NCBI RefSeq assembly: GCF_009914755.1
Contig: NC_060933.1
Source of the DNA: the human T2T-CHM13v2.0 reference genome, Homo sapiens
Reading direction: 5' to 3' (one strand)
Length of the DNA: 64,000 nucleotides
Shown here one piece after another: positions 1-14,379 of the stretch. Every line of letters starts with the position of its first letter. Position 1 is the first letter of the stretch. Under the pieces are notes generated by a model that was not told the origin of the DNA, ran no database searches, and saw nothing but the letters and a program-made list of their open reading frames with translations. The position numbers and the translations under genes were made by a program.

Positions 1-86
1 GATGTAATTAATGTTAATAATCAGTTGATGTGAAAACAGGAAGATTATCCAAGTGTACCTAATCTAATACAATGAGCTCTGTAAAA
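1..86 (+). mobile_element. MLT1 (ERVL-MaLR) LTR fragment, left part, interrupted by the L1 at 87-6300
   Basis: gatgtaatta...aatcagttga...agattatcc...gagctct resembles the MLT1D/E LTR; its apparent continuation resumes at about 6300. Confidence 0.55.
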
Positions 87-1790
87 TTTTATTTATTTTT
101 GCCCGACTGTCTTATTCCTGAGAGCCAGTTTTCAAGCTCTGAGGTCCTTTCCTCAACTTGGTCCATTCTGTTGTTAATACTTGTGATTGCATTATGAAAT
201 TCTTGTGGTGTGTTTTCCAACTCTAGCCAGTCAATTTGGTTCTGTTTTATACTGGCTATTTCACCGATCAGCACCTGAATTATTTTTTGTGTTTGTTCCT
301 TAGTGATATGGTTTGGCTCTGTGTTCCCATTCAAATCTTATCTGGAACTGTAATCCCCATGTGTTGAGAGAGGAACCTGGTGGGAGGTGATTGGATCATG
401 GGGGTGGTTCCCCCGTGCTGTTCTCATGATAGTGAGTGAGTTCTCATGAGATCTGATGGTTTAAAAGTGACTGTCCCCCTTCACTCTCTCTCTCTTCTGC
501 CACCCTGTGAAGAAGTTACTTGCTTCTCCTTCACCTTCAGCTATGATTATAAGTTTTCTGAGGCCTCCCCAGCAATTCAGAACTATGAGTCAATTAAATC
601 TTTTTCCTTTATAAATTACCCAGTCTCAGAAGTTCTTTATAGCAGGGTGATAACAGACTAATACACTTAGCTTCCTTGAATTAGGTTTCGATGTTCCCCC
701 GAATTTCAATGATCTTTGTTCCTATCTATATTCTGAAATCAATTTATGTCATTTCAGCCATCTCAGCCTAGTTAAGAACCCTTGCTTGGGAACCAGTGTG
801 ATCTTTGGGAGGAAAGAAGACATGCTGGCCTTTTGAGTTGCCAGAGATCTTGCATAGGTTCTTTCTCATCTGTGTGTGTGTGTGTGGGTGTTCCTTTAAT
901 TGCAGTGTAAATTGAGTACAGTCAGTAGACTTCTTTCCATGTTTTCAGAGTCCTAAGGCTTTGTTTAGGGCCTTTATTTGTAGCTAAATTCTTGTCTTTC
1001 TTTTCACAGCAGGGTATGATAGCAAAGTATTATTGGTGTTGAAGTTTTGGGGTGTGATCTAGTAGCTGGTGCTGAAGTGTAATGGTCACTGTGTAGGCTC
1101 CTGCTCAGTCATGTGGCTCCTCCGTATTTCCTCATGGGTTGCAGCTATGCTTCCTCTCAATGTTTTGAAAGTCAGTGTAGGCTCCTCTCCCACTTGAGTG
1201 CTCACTGCAGATCTTGGCTTGGTGCATCCAGGCTGCACACCATAGTTCTGAAATGATCATAGGCTTTATGTTACTTCCCCAGCTTGGAAGCAGCAGAGGA
1301 GACCCTGTGGCTCAACGTCTTTTCTTGTCACTTGGGGCTCCATTGCAGAAAGATGCAGAACTGCAATCAATTAGCATGATCAGCCTGGCATGGGGCAGCT
1401 GCACTGTGAGCCCACGCTGGGGGGATCCTGTCTGGTGACTAGCAGAGAATGTGGGTAGGACCCGTGGGAGACAGACTGGCCTCCTCTCCTTAGAGCAACT
1501 ACAACTTGCGGGATAAAGCACTCGGAGTCTTTGCTCCTTCCCTAGTTCAAGGGTAAACAGGGAAGTTAAACTGGAGAGGCAGTGGCAGAGGGACTTTTGG
1601 TTGCCCCTGGGAGCTCCATCTCTGAGAAATGTGGAGCTGCTGCTACTGGGAGTGTTCAGCCAGAGGGTGAAGCAGCTGCACTGCTTGCCTGAGCTAGAGG
1701 CTCTGCTTGTTGGGGAACAGGGGGTCAAGGGCCCATAGCAGCAAGAAATGGGGCTTTTCTCTAAATGGTGGCTGTGGTGTGCTGTACGCA
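87..1790 (-). mobile_element. Inverted 5' part (5'UTR + ORF1 N-terminal coiled coil) of an old L1PA13-16-like element
   Basis: Minus ORF 89-334 gives ELENTPQEFHNAITSINNRMDQVEERTSELE (ORF1p coiled coil); 670-1790 is GC-richer L1 5'UTR-like sequence. Confidence 0.85.
304..665 (+). mobile_element. THE1D-like solo LTR (ERVL-MaLR) inserted in the L1
   Basis: Starts tgatatggtttggctctgtg, ends acagactaataca; 5-bp TSD cttag at 299-303 and 666-670. Confidence 0.92.
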
Positions 1791-4700
1791 TGGGGAGAAA
1801 GCAACCAACTTAGAAAACATATTTCAGGATATCATCTATGAAAACTTCGTCAACCTCTCTAGAAAGGCCAACATTCAAATTCAAAGAATATAGAGAACCT
1901 TTACAGGATGCTAAAAAAGAAGTCCATCCCCAAGACACATAATCATCAGATTCTCCAAGGCCAAAATGAATGAAAAAGTGATAAAGTAAGCTAACGAAAA
2001 AAGGCAGATCACCTACAAGGGGCACCCCATCAGGCTAAAAGCAGAAATTTCAGCAGAAATCCTACAAGCCAGAAGAGATTGGGGGTCTATATTCAACATT
2101 ATTAAAGAAAAAAAATCTTCATCCAAGAATTTCAGATGGAGCCAAACTAAGCTTCATAAGTGAAGGAGAAATAAGATCTTTTCAAACAAACACATTCAGA
2201 GGGAATTCATTACCACCAGACTGCCTTACAAGAGTTCCTGAAAGGGGTAGTAAATATGGAAAGGAAAGACTGTTATCAGCCACTACAAAAACACCTTTAA
2301 GTACACAGACCAGTGACACTATAAAGCAACCACACAAACCAGTCTGCATAATAATCAGCTAAGAACAGGATGAGAGGATCAAATCCACATATATCAATAA
2401 TAACTTTGAATGTAAATGGCCTAAATGCCTCAAAGAAAAGGCAGAGTGGCAAGCTGGATAAAGAAAAAGACCCAATGGTATACTGAATTTAAGAGCCCCA
2501 TCCTACATGCAATGACACCCATAGGCTCAAAATGAATGGATGGAAAAAAAATCTACCATGCGAAAGGAGAACATAAAAAAGCAGAGGTGGCAATCCTAAT
2601 TTCAGACAAAACAGACTTTGAACCAACAAAACTCAACAAACACAAGGAAGGTCATTACATAATGGTAAAAGGTTGAATTAAACAAAAAGACCTAATTATC
2701 CTAAATATACATGCACCCGACACAGGAGCACATAGATTTGTAAAACAAGTTCTTAGAGACCTACAAAGAGACTTAGATTTCTACAAAATAATAGTGGAAG
2801 ACTTCAACACCCTACTAACAGTATTAGACGGATCATTAAGGAAGAAAATTAATGAAGATATTCAGAACTTGAACTCAATACTTGATCAAATGGACCTAAT
2901 AGACTTCTACAGAACGCTCTATCCAAAAATGACAAAATATACTTTCTTCTCATTACCACATGACACATACTGTAAAATGGAACACACAATCAGACATAAA
3001 CCAATCTTCAGCAAATTTAAAAAAAAAACACTGAAATCATACAAACGACACTCTCAGACAACAGTGCAATAAAAAATGTGGCACATATACACCATGGAAT
3101 ACTATGCAGCCATAAAAAATAATGAGGTCAAGTCCTTTGTAGGGACATGGATGAAATTGAAAATCGTCATTCTCAGTAAACTATTGCAAGGACAAAAACC
3201 CAAACACCGCATGTTCTCACTCATAGATGGGAATTGAACAATGAGAACTCATGGACACAGGAAGGGGAACATCACGCACTGGGGACTGTTGTGGGGCGGG
3301 GGGAGGGGGCAGGGATAGCATTAGGAGATATACCTAATGCTAAATGACGAGTTAATGGGTGCAGCACACCAGCATGGCACATGTATACATATGTAACTAA
3401 CCTGCACATTGTGCACATGTACCCTAAAACTTAAAGTATAATAATAATAATAAAAAAACAAAAAAAAACCAGTGCAATAAAAACAGAATTCAGTACAAAG
3501 AAAATCACTCAAAACCATACAATTACATGGAAATTAAACAACCTGCTCCTAAGTGACTTTTGGGTGAACAATAAAATTAAGGAAGAAATCAAGACATTCT
3601 TTGAAAATAACAAAAAGATAAAACAAGCAAGAATCTCTGGGACACAGCTAAAGTGGTATTCAGAGGGATATTTGTAGTCCTAAATGCTCACATCAAAATG
3701 ATAGATATCAAACTAAAAACCCAGCATTACAACTAGAAGTACCAGAGGAGCAAAAGCAAACAAACCTCAAAACTAGCAGAAGAAAAGAAATAACAAAAAT
3801 CAGAGCTGATATGAAGGCGTTCGAGACATAAAAAAAAAAAATAAAAAGATGAACAAATCCAAGAGTTGGATCACTGAAAAAATCAATAAATAGATATATG
3901 GATACCTAGACTTTTAAGAAAAGGAGAAGCTCCAAATAAATACTATCAGAAATGACAAAGAAGATGTTACCACTGATCCCACAGAAAAAAAAAATAACCA
4001 CCGTAAACTACTTTAAACACCTCTATGTACACAAACTAGAAAATGTAGGAAAAATTGATAAATTCCTGGACACATACATCCACCCAAGATGGAAGCAGGA
4101 AGAAATTGATCCTTGAACAGACCAATAATGAGCTTCAAAACTGAATCAGTAATAAATAGCCTACCAAAAAAAAAATGCCAAGGACTAGATGGATTCACAG
4201 CTGAATTCTAGTAGATATTCAAAGAATAGCTGGTACAAATCCTACCGAAACTATTCCAAAAAATTGAAGAAGAGGGACTCCTCTCAATCTCATTCTATGA
4301 GACTAGCATCATCCTCTATGAGACCAGCATCATCTTCATACGAAAACCTGGCAGAGAAACAGCAAAATAAAAAATAAAATAAAAAAATAAAAAAAAACTT
4401 CAGACCAATATCCTTGATGAACATAGATGCAACAATCCTCAACAAAATACTAGCGAACAGAATGCAGCAGGACATCAAAAAGCTAATTCGTCATGATCAA
4501 GTAGACCTTATCCCAAAGACGAAAGGTTGGTTCAATATATGCAAATCAATAAATGTGATTAATCATGTAAACTAAAGACAAAAACCACATGATTATCTCA
4601 ATAGATGCATAAAAAGCAAAAACCACATGATTATCACAATAGATGCATTCAACACTGCTACATGTTAAATAACCTTCAATAAATTTAGGCATTCAAATGA

Positions 4701-6300
4701 CCACACTGCCCAAAGCAATTTACAGATTCAATGCTATTGCTATAGAACTACCAACAACATTCTTCACAGAACTAGAAAAAAACTATTTTTAAAATTCACC
4801 TAGCCCTCAAAAAAGACCCTGGATAGCCAAGGCAATCTTAAGCAAAAAGAACAAAACTGAAGCCATCACATTATATGACTTCAAACTCTTCTACAGGGCC
4901 ACAGTAACCCAAGTAGCATAACACTAGTACAAAAACAGACACATAGAACAATGGAACAGAATAGAGAGCCCAGAAATAATGCCACACATCTACAGCCATC
5001 TAATTTTCAACAAAACCAACAAAAACAAGCAATAAAGAAAGAAGTTCCCATTCAATAAGTGTTGATGGGATATCTGATTAGTCATATGCAAGAAGATTGA
5101 AACTGGACTCCTTCTTTATACCATATATAAAAATCAACTCATCATGAATTAAATACTTAAATGTGAAACCCAAAACTATAAAAACTCTGGAAGATATCCT
5201 AGGAAATGCCATTCTGGATATAGAAACTGGCAAAGATTCCATGATGAACGTGCTAAAAGCAATCGCAACAAAAGCAAAAACTGACAAATGGGATCTAATG
5301 AAACTAAAGAGTTTCTGCACTGCAAAAGAAATTGTCAGCAGAGTAAACAGACAACCTAAAGAATGGGGGAAAATTTTTGCGAAGTAGCCTTCTGAAAAAA
5401 GTCTAGTATCTAGAATCTATAAGGAACTTAAACCAATTAACAAGCCAAAAAATAAAAATAAAAACAACCTAATTAAAAAGTGGATAAAGGACATGCACAG
5501 ACACTTTTCAAAAGAAGACATACATGCTGCCAACGAGCATATGTAAAAACCTTAACATCCACTCATTAGATAAATGCAAATCAAAACCACAGCAAGATAC
5601 CATTTCACACCAGTCAGAATGGCTATTATTAAAAAATCAGAAAGCAACAGATTTTGGCAATGTGGTGGAGAAAAGGGAACACTTACACACTGCTGGTGGG
5701 TGTGTAAATTAGTTCAGCTATTGTGGAACGCAGTGTAGTGATTCCTCAGAGAACTAAAAACACAATTACCATTTGACCCAACACCATTACTGGATATATA
5801 TTCAAAAGAAAACAAATTGTTCTACCATAAAGATACATGCACACATATGTCCATTGCAGCACTATTCAAAATAACAAATACATGGATCAACCTAAAGGCC
5901 CATCAACAGTATATTGGATAAGGAAAATGTGGTACATATACACCACGGAATATATGCAGCCATAAAAAGAATGGAATCATGTCCTTTGCAGCAAGATGGA
6001 TGGAACTGGAGACCATTATTCTTAGCAAACTAATGCGGGAACAGAAAACCAAAGACTGCATGTTCTCACTTATAAGTGGGAGCTAAATAAGGAGAACACG
6101 TGGACAGAAACAACCAACAATGGGGCCTACTAGAAGGTGGAAGGCAGAAGGAGAGAGAGGATTTAGAAAGAATACATACTGGGTACTATGCTTAGTACCT
6201 GGATGATGAAATGTTCTATATACCACAGCCTCGTGACACGAGTTTACCTATATAACAAATCTGCACATGTACCACTGAACCTGAAATAAAAGTTAAAAGA
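1791..6300 (+). mobile_element. Forward part of the same old L1PA13-16-like element (rest of ORF1, decayed ORF2 with internal deletion, 3'UTR)
   Basis: Begins ggggagaaagcaaccaacttagaaaacatatttcaggat (ORF1); ORF2 remnants DFNTLLT..DQMDLIDFYRTL and [18 protein letters not shown]; 3' end gtttacctatataacaaatctgcacatgtacc..aaataaaagttaaaa. Confidence 0.93.
3076..3469 (+). mobile_element. 5'-truncated young L1 (L1PA3-like) 3' end nested in the older L1
   Basis: L1PA 3'UTR (ggagatatacctaatgctaaatgacgagttaatgggtgcagcacaccagc) plus A tail; TSD cagtgcaataaaaa at 3062-3075 and 3470-3483. Confidence 0.92.
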
Positions 6301-6690
6301 AGGAAAAAAGGAGTCTTACCTGGCTTGCAGCCCGAGAAGTCAAAGTGATTTGAATCACAAGAAGGGTTCAGTGTATTGTTGCTGCCTTTGAAGACAGAAA
6401 GGGGCCACATGCAAGAACCAAAGGGTGTCTTCTAGCAGCTTGTGCAATCCCAAGTGGACATCCAGAGGAAATGTGAGCCTCAGTGCTACAATCACAAGAA
6501 ACTGAATTCTTCCAACAACCTGAATGAGCTTAGAGGTGACTTTTCCCCTAGTTTCCAGATAAAAACTTAAAGTTAGCCATATCTTCAGTATCACCCTGTG
6601 AGTTCCTAAGTAAAAAAACTGGTGGAGTCTGCCTGGACTTTTGATGTACAAAACTGTTAGAAAATAATTGAGTTTAATGTTAAGTAAAAA
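6301..6690 (+). mobile_element. MLT1 (MLT1D/E-like) LTR, right part
   Basis: ttgctgcctttgaagac..ggggccacatgcaagaa..ctcagtgctacaatcacaagaaactgaattcttccaacaacctgaatgagct is typical MLT1. Confidence 0.8.
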
Positions 6691-7550
6691 ATATGAGAAA
6701 TCAAACCTATGTAATAATTTTGTTAATTTCTACAAGTCTTTCAAATCAAATAGGTAGGATTTTTAAATTATATATTTTGTTGTAAGGTTGTGTATTATTC
6801 TCTATATAAATAAATTCAAATTTTAAACTTTATTCCAAGGGTTAGTAAAAACATATATTATTATATTGTGAAAAATGATTATAATTTCAGTTATAGTTCT
6901 CAGTTGTGGTTTTATATTTTCTTTCGTATTTTTCTTGCGTGTTTTCTATGTGGTTTTCAAGTGTTTTTAAAGTTTTCCTCCATCCTGGATTTTCTTTCTC
7001 TCAATCCATGTATCCTCCAACTTTTTCAAATATCCCCATCAAATTGCCTCCCTCTCCACTTACTAATATACTCCTTTCAACTTTTCAGTTGTTTCACACT
7101 TTTGTTTTTAGTTCATATTTTAGTGTTTTAGTTTATTTATATTTTATCTTCCTAAATAAAAAAGTTCTTCCTGGAGCATTTATTGACATTCTCAAAGGAT
7201 GAACCACTTCTATAGAGCTTAACCAACACATTTACTTACAGTTATATTCCCATATTATCAAAACTTTATACTACTCTAAACTTCTTTTTCTGTAAGCAAA
7301 AGCCAATTGGTAACTATAATTTGAATTTTCATGTAAAATGACTTGTACAATTGTTTTGTGCAAATGTTATTTTCCTTTTTCGTGTTGAACAATGGGACCA
7401 AAACATAAAAACAACCAAATGGCAAACATTTCTTTGACATATTTACTCTGTAAGTGGGCTATAAAGAGGTCTCATAAAATTATTTTTTCTTTAAAAAAAT
7501 CCTTCTTTTCTGTATCTTCCATTTGATATTAAAATATAACATTAAGCTAC

Positions 7551-7845
7551 TTTTTTTTTTTTAGATGAAATCTCACTCTGTATCCAGGCTGGGGTGCAGT
7601 GGCACAATCTCGGCTCACTGCAACCTCAGACTCCACTCCCTAGTTCAAGTGATTCTCCTGCTTCAACCTCCACAGTAGTGGGGATTACAGGCTCGTGCCA
7701 CCGTGCCCGACTAATTTTTGTATTTTGAGTTGGGATGGGGTTTCACCATGTTGGCCAGGCTGGTCTCGAACTCCCAACCTCGTGATATGCCCGCCTTGGC
7801 CTCCCAAAGTGCTGGGATTACAGGCGTGAGCCATCGCGACCGGCC
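7551..7845 (-). mobile_element. Alu (AluS-like)
   Basis: Poly-T, then reverse-complement Alu ending gagccatcgcgaccggcc. Confidence 0.95.
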
Positions 7846-8306
7846 TTGTGCCTGTTTTACCTGTTATTGCTTACATTCTGTTCTCTTTACTATTTAATTC
7901 TATTCCATTTACATAGACTCAATGCCTAAATTTTATTTAACTTTGAATCATAATTTTCTTTAATTATCCTAAATTTTCTCTGCTTTCCTTCTTGACTTAT
8001 TCCTTCTGGTACTTCATTTCAATTACTAAAATTTACTTGGTTGGTTATTGTTAACCGAACTTCTAATTCAATATAAAGTAGTTCAAAATTATGAGTCTTT
8101 ATTTTTCAAAAGGTTTTCTTTTCCAGTCATCATCTAGTAATATGTGATTTTAAAATTTCATTAAATTTAGTCTATCTTTTAATTATCTTGGTTTAATGAA
8201 GGATTGTTTTAGATATATGTATTTCTTCCTCAATTTCCTTCCTTGATACTACTGCATTGCTTTGTGCATGTGCCCAGCTGTATTTCTTGGTATATAATTT
8301 TTTGAG

Positions 8307-8368
8307 AAGTGTGATGTAGTAACACTTCTACATAAGTGTGATGTAGTAACACTTCTACACTTCTACAT
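8307..8368. repeat. 27-bp tandem duplication plus 8-bp partial copy
   Basis: aagtgtgatgtagtaacacttctaca(t/c) x2, then ttctacat. Confidence 0.9.
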
Positions 8369-9162
8369 ATTTCTTTTACTTCTAGTAAAAGAAATAATAT
8401 TCATGAAAGGATTTTAGAAAAACTTTAAAAATAGGTAATTTAAATAGAGGTTTCAGCAGCATGCTGATGCTCCTCAGTAAGAACTAGATGGCATACATAA
8501 AGTCAAAAGAGGTTTGACTTTGACTTCAAAAACAATTCAACTAGATAGAAAGGAAATAATAGGTAATTTAAAAATTACTATAGCCATCCCACCTAAATTG
8601 AAATGCAGAAATATGTAGAATTAGAAAGTAAAGTATTTATCAAAATATAACGGTTGATCCAAATTATTGCTTTTCTTGTCAGAAATATTCAGGAACTAGG
8701 AAATAATAGTCATTACTTTCCCAAGTCAGTTATTCTTTATGTTCATAAGTAATTGCTTATTTGCTATAGCCAATACCCATGGAAGCCTTTGTCTTCTGTG
8801 ACATAGCAGGTTTACAGTTCTGCTTCAAATTTTTGAAGTTTTCACTGTTACATTCACTGGCTCATTTTATTTCATGATTTTGAGTCTGGGAGACATTCCC
8901 TTGGCTCAGTGTTTTCGTCTATTGTAAATTCACTTCACTCACAATTTGCACCTTTTCTTCATTTTTCATTATAATAAATAACAGTTTCTTTGGTTTGGAA
9001 ATCTACAGTCAACCTTAAGTTTACATTCATATTATTTTAATTTGTCTCTATTTCATTCCTGCTCTCATAACCCTTACCTAATCAATGTCTAAATTGTGAA
9101 GAATAAGCATTGTAGTGACAAATGTCATGCTTGTCTACATTTCTTTAGACAATATCTTTTTA

Positions 9163-9454
9163 TTTATTTTTCTTTCTTTTTTTTTTTTTTTGAGATGGAG
9201 TCTCGCTCTATTGCCCAGGTTGGAGTGCAGTGGCGCGATCTTGGCTCACTGTAAGCTCTGCTAGGTGCAGTGGCTCACGCCTGTAATCCCAGCACTTTGG
9301 GAAGCTGAGGCGGGTGGATCACGAGGTCAGGAGATCGAGACCGTCCTGGCTAACACGGTGAAACCCCATCTCTACTAAAAATACAAAAAATTAGCCGGGC
9401 GTGGTGGCAGGCACCTGTAGTCCCAGCTACTCAGGAGGCTGAGGCAGGAGAATC
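9163..9454 (-). mobile_element. AluY-like element with an inverted 5' portion
   Basis: 9163-9260 is the minus-strand tail and 3' part; 9260-9454 is the Alu 5' ~200 nt on the plus strand; the whole unit is flanked by gacaatatcttttta (9148-9162, 9455-9469). Confidence 0.92.
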
Positions 9455-10180
9455 GACAATATCTTTTTAAAACATAATTATTTGATTCCTGAATTGCCAA
9501 ATCCCAGTCTGTTTTTTAGTCCTTTTCTTATTGCTTTCTAAGGCATAATAAATGTAACTACTGGGAGAAATGTATCAATGTCATCTTTGAAAATTTTTAA
9601 CTATCTAAATTTGGTGAAATGATAAGATATGGATATATATATTAAAATATTCGCTTGAGCAATGACTCAGTACTTCAGAAACAAGTAGCAGCCTTTAAAA
9701 CCTGAGGAAAAATTAGGCTTGTGTCACAACACAAACCACAAGAAATCCAAAAACAGTAAGGGTGACTGTGCAAGGAGGACAGAAAAGAAGTACTAAACCA
9801 CTTTAACACTATCTTACATTTATCAGAAATAACAGAAATTATACATATATGCTCTATAGAATTTTAAACAAAGAAACAAAATGTGGTGCTTTTCTCCAGA
9901 TGTTTTGGCCAGAGGACATAATCTGAATGATTTAAATTCCTTGAAATTGACTGTGACTTGCTATACAGCCAGCATATGGTTGTTTTATTTTGTAAAATAT
10001 CCTATATGCTCTTGAAAATAATGTGCCTTCTGTTTCTAAGCCAATTCGGTTAAGTCAAAACAAAATTCTAACTATAAGATAACAATAACCGAGAATAAAT
10101 AGTCACCTGCAGAGGACCAAAGCATTCTATCAAACTTTTACTGCAACTGGATTGCAAGAAGGTAATGGCATATTAAAAAA

Positions 10181-11856
<1,676 letters not shown>

Positions 11857-13805
11857 ATAGAAGGAAAACAGCTATAATGTAGAATTTTATATCCAAATGA
11901 AATGCTGTTGAACATTGAGAGCATTTTAAAAAATATTCCCAGACTCATCCTCCCTCAAGTGGTTTGCTACCCAAAGCAGGGTACTAAAAACATTTTTAGA
12001 GAAATTATTCAAACAAGAAATTCAAATATAGATGATATGTCAAGAACTATCAGATGTACAAATCATCTGATGTCATAATAAAATTTACTGTTATTCATTA
12101 ATTTTCTTTTAAATAAACGTTTTATTGTTGTTTCACACCCCTAAAAAATATACAAATCATAAACATAGATCTCAATGGGTATATCATAATAAACATTCAA
12201 TGGATATTATAAAATTAAAAAAAGTAAGCTTCTATTTTGCAATAAACATAAATAACCATGCAGGTTAGGGAATTAGCTATTACTGACAACCCAGAATTCT
12301 CCTAAACTCATTCCTAGGATAATACTTGCCTACCTTTTCCAGGTAACTAATGTCCCGAGTTTCAACAATTTTCTCATAATGCTTTCTGGGTTTTCATTTT
12401 CAGATTTTTTATTCTAGTTAGTAAATTAATTCCTGTATAATTGATGTTTCTGATGTTATTGTTAGAGGTATCTTTTTTTCAAATTTCAATTTTAGAAGTT
12501 CTTCTTTCCTTAAAAAAGAAATGCAATTGATTTCAAATATTATCTTATAGGCACATACCTTGTAAATGTATTCATATAAGAGTTTATCTGTAAATTGTTC
12601 ATTTTTTTGGTGAAAAATTATCTTAATTACTTCTCCTCAAGTTCTTATATCTTTTTTATTTCTTCTTTACTTTCTCACTAGCAATTTTGTCAGGTGTAAG
12701 GTTGAACAAAGTTGATCATAGTCAGTATCATTTTCTCATTCCCAATGTCAGTAGGAAAATGTTCAACACTTTGCCATTACAGAGGTGCTCATCACAGTCA
12801 TTTTGGAGGTAGCCTTTAATAATTTAAATATTTTTTCATCATTGCAACTTAGGTAATAGGCTTTGTCACTCATAGACTTTGGAGTTTTTTTTTTTTTAGT
12901 TATAGAGAATGTCATATGATTTTTGGCTTTTATTCTGTTAAGAAAAACACACTGCAGTTTTAAAATTTTGAATATTAAAACACGTTCATTCCTGTAACAA
13001 GCCCAACCTATGTTTGTGGTTTACATATTGCGGAGTTTTATGTATAATATTTAAATTATTTTTAGCTAGGTTGTAAGAGAGACTGGACTGTTACTGTCTT
13101 TTCTTCTAATGTCCTTGTCACATTTCTATGTTAAAATTATCGGTAACCTTATAAAACAAGCTGAGAAATTTTTCAATAGGGGAAATATGTAAGTAATGTT
13201 AGTTTTCTTTCCTGTTAATATGTTTTGGAGAATTCTCTAGTGAAACATCTGGACCTAGAACTTTTGTACATATATGAGAAAAAGTTATTTATTATGGATT
13301 TTAAAAATAGTTACAGGAATATTCCGATTTTTATGTCTTCTCATGTCAGTTTTGGTAAGTGACTTTTTCAAGTTTTTTACAAATTTTATTGAAACTGTCA
13401 AATATGTACTGCAATAATGTAGCTCATAACTTTGAATTTCTTTCTTCTGTAGGATCAGTAGTAATACCTTTTCTTTTTATATTACTGTGCTCCCTCCCTC
13501 CCTCTCTCTCTGTCTCACACTTTTTTTTGGTCTCTGAATTTTGTAAAAGATTATTTTAACATTATTACAAGGAAAAACTTTTGGCTTTTTTTTGATCCCC
13601 TTGATTATGTGATTCTTTTTGAATGTATTATTTTCCATTAATATCTCTTGTATGACTTCTATTTTCATTGGATTTGGTTTACTGTTTGGTTTTCAGCTTC
13701 TTTAAATGTACCATTTTTAAGCATGTTCTATTTTCAACCTGTGGGTATTTGGACTACTGGCATTTAATCTTTTATTCTTTGCAATATCACCATTAAGGCT
13801 ATAGT

Positions 13806-14017
13806 TTTTTAAAAAAAATCAATAGCTTTAGGGCTAAAGGGTTTTTGGTTACATGGTTTATTGTATTGTGGTGAAGTCTGGGCTTTTAATATAGTCATCA
13901 CCTGAATAGTGTACCCTGTACCCACTAGGCAAGTTTCCATCCCTCACTCCTCTGTCACCCTCCCCGCTCTGAGTCTCCAATGACCATTTTACCATCTGTA
14001 TGACTTTGTGTAACCAA
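13806..14017 (-). mobile_element. L1PB4-like 3' end fragment
   Basis: tcaatagctttagg..tttttggttacatgg..gtggtgaagtctgggctttta..gtcatcacctgaatagtgtac. Confidence 0.75.
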
Positions 14018-14070
14018 GGATATCCATTTTCTTGAGTTTCAATATGTCATACATTTATTCTCATTTTCTT

Positions 14071-14379
14071 TCTTTTTCTTTCTTTTTTTTTTCTTTTGAA
14101 GACGGAGTTTCACTCCGTCCCCCAGGCTGGAGTGCAGTGGCGCGATCTCGGCTCACTGCAAGCTCCGCCCCCCTGGGTTCATGCCATTCTCCTGCCTCAG
14201 CTTCCCGAGTAGCTGGGACTACAAGCGCCCGCCACCACGCCCAGCTAATTTTTTGTATTTTTAGTAGAGACGGGGTTTCACCGTGTTCGCCAGGATGGTC
14301 TCGATCTGCTGACCTCGTGATCACCCGCCTCGGCCTCCCAAAGTGCTGGGATTACAGGCGTGAGCCACCGCGCCCGGCT
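14071..14379 (-). mobile_element. AluY
   Basis: CpG-rich with Y-type positions (gcaagctccgcc, gccattctcc, ccaggatggtctcgatc); TSD tattctcattttctt at 14056-14070 and 14380-14394. Confidence 0.97.

Noticed and set aside
1312-1791. 159-aa minus-strand ORF
   Set aside because: Lies in the GC-richer L1 5'UTR remnant; no recognisable domain
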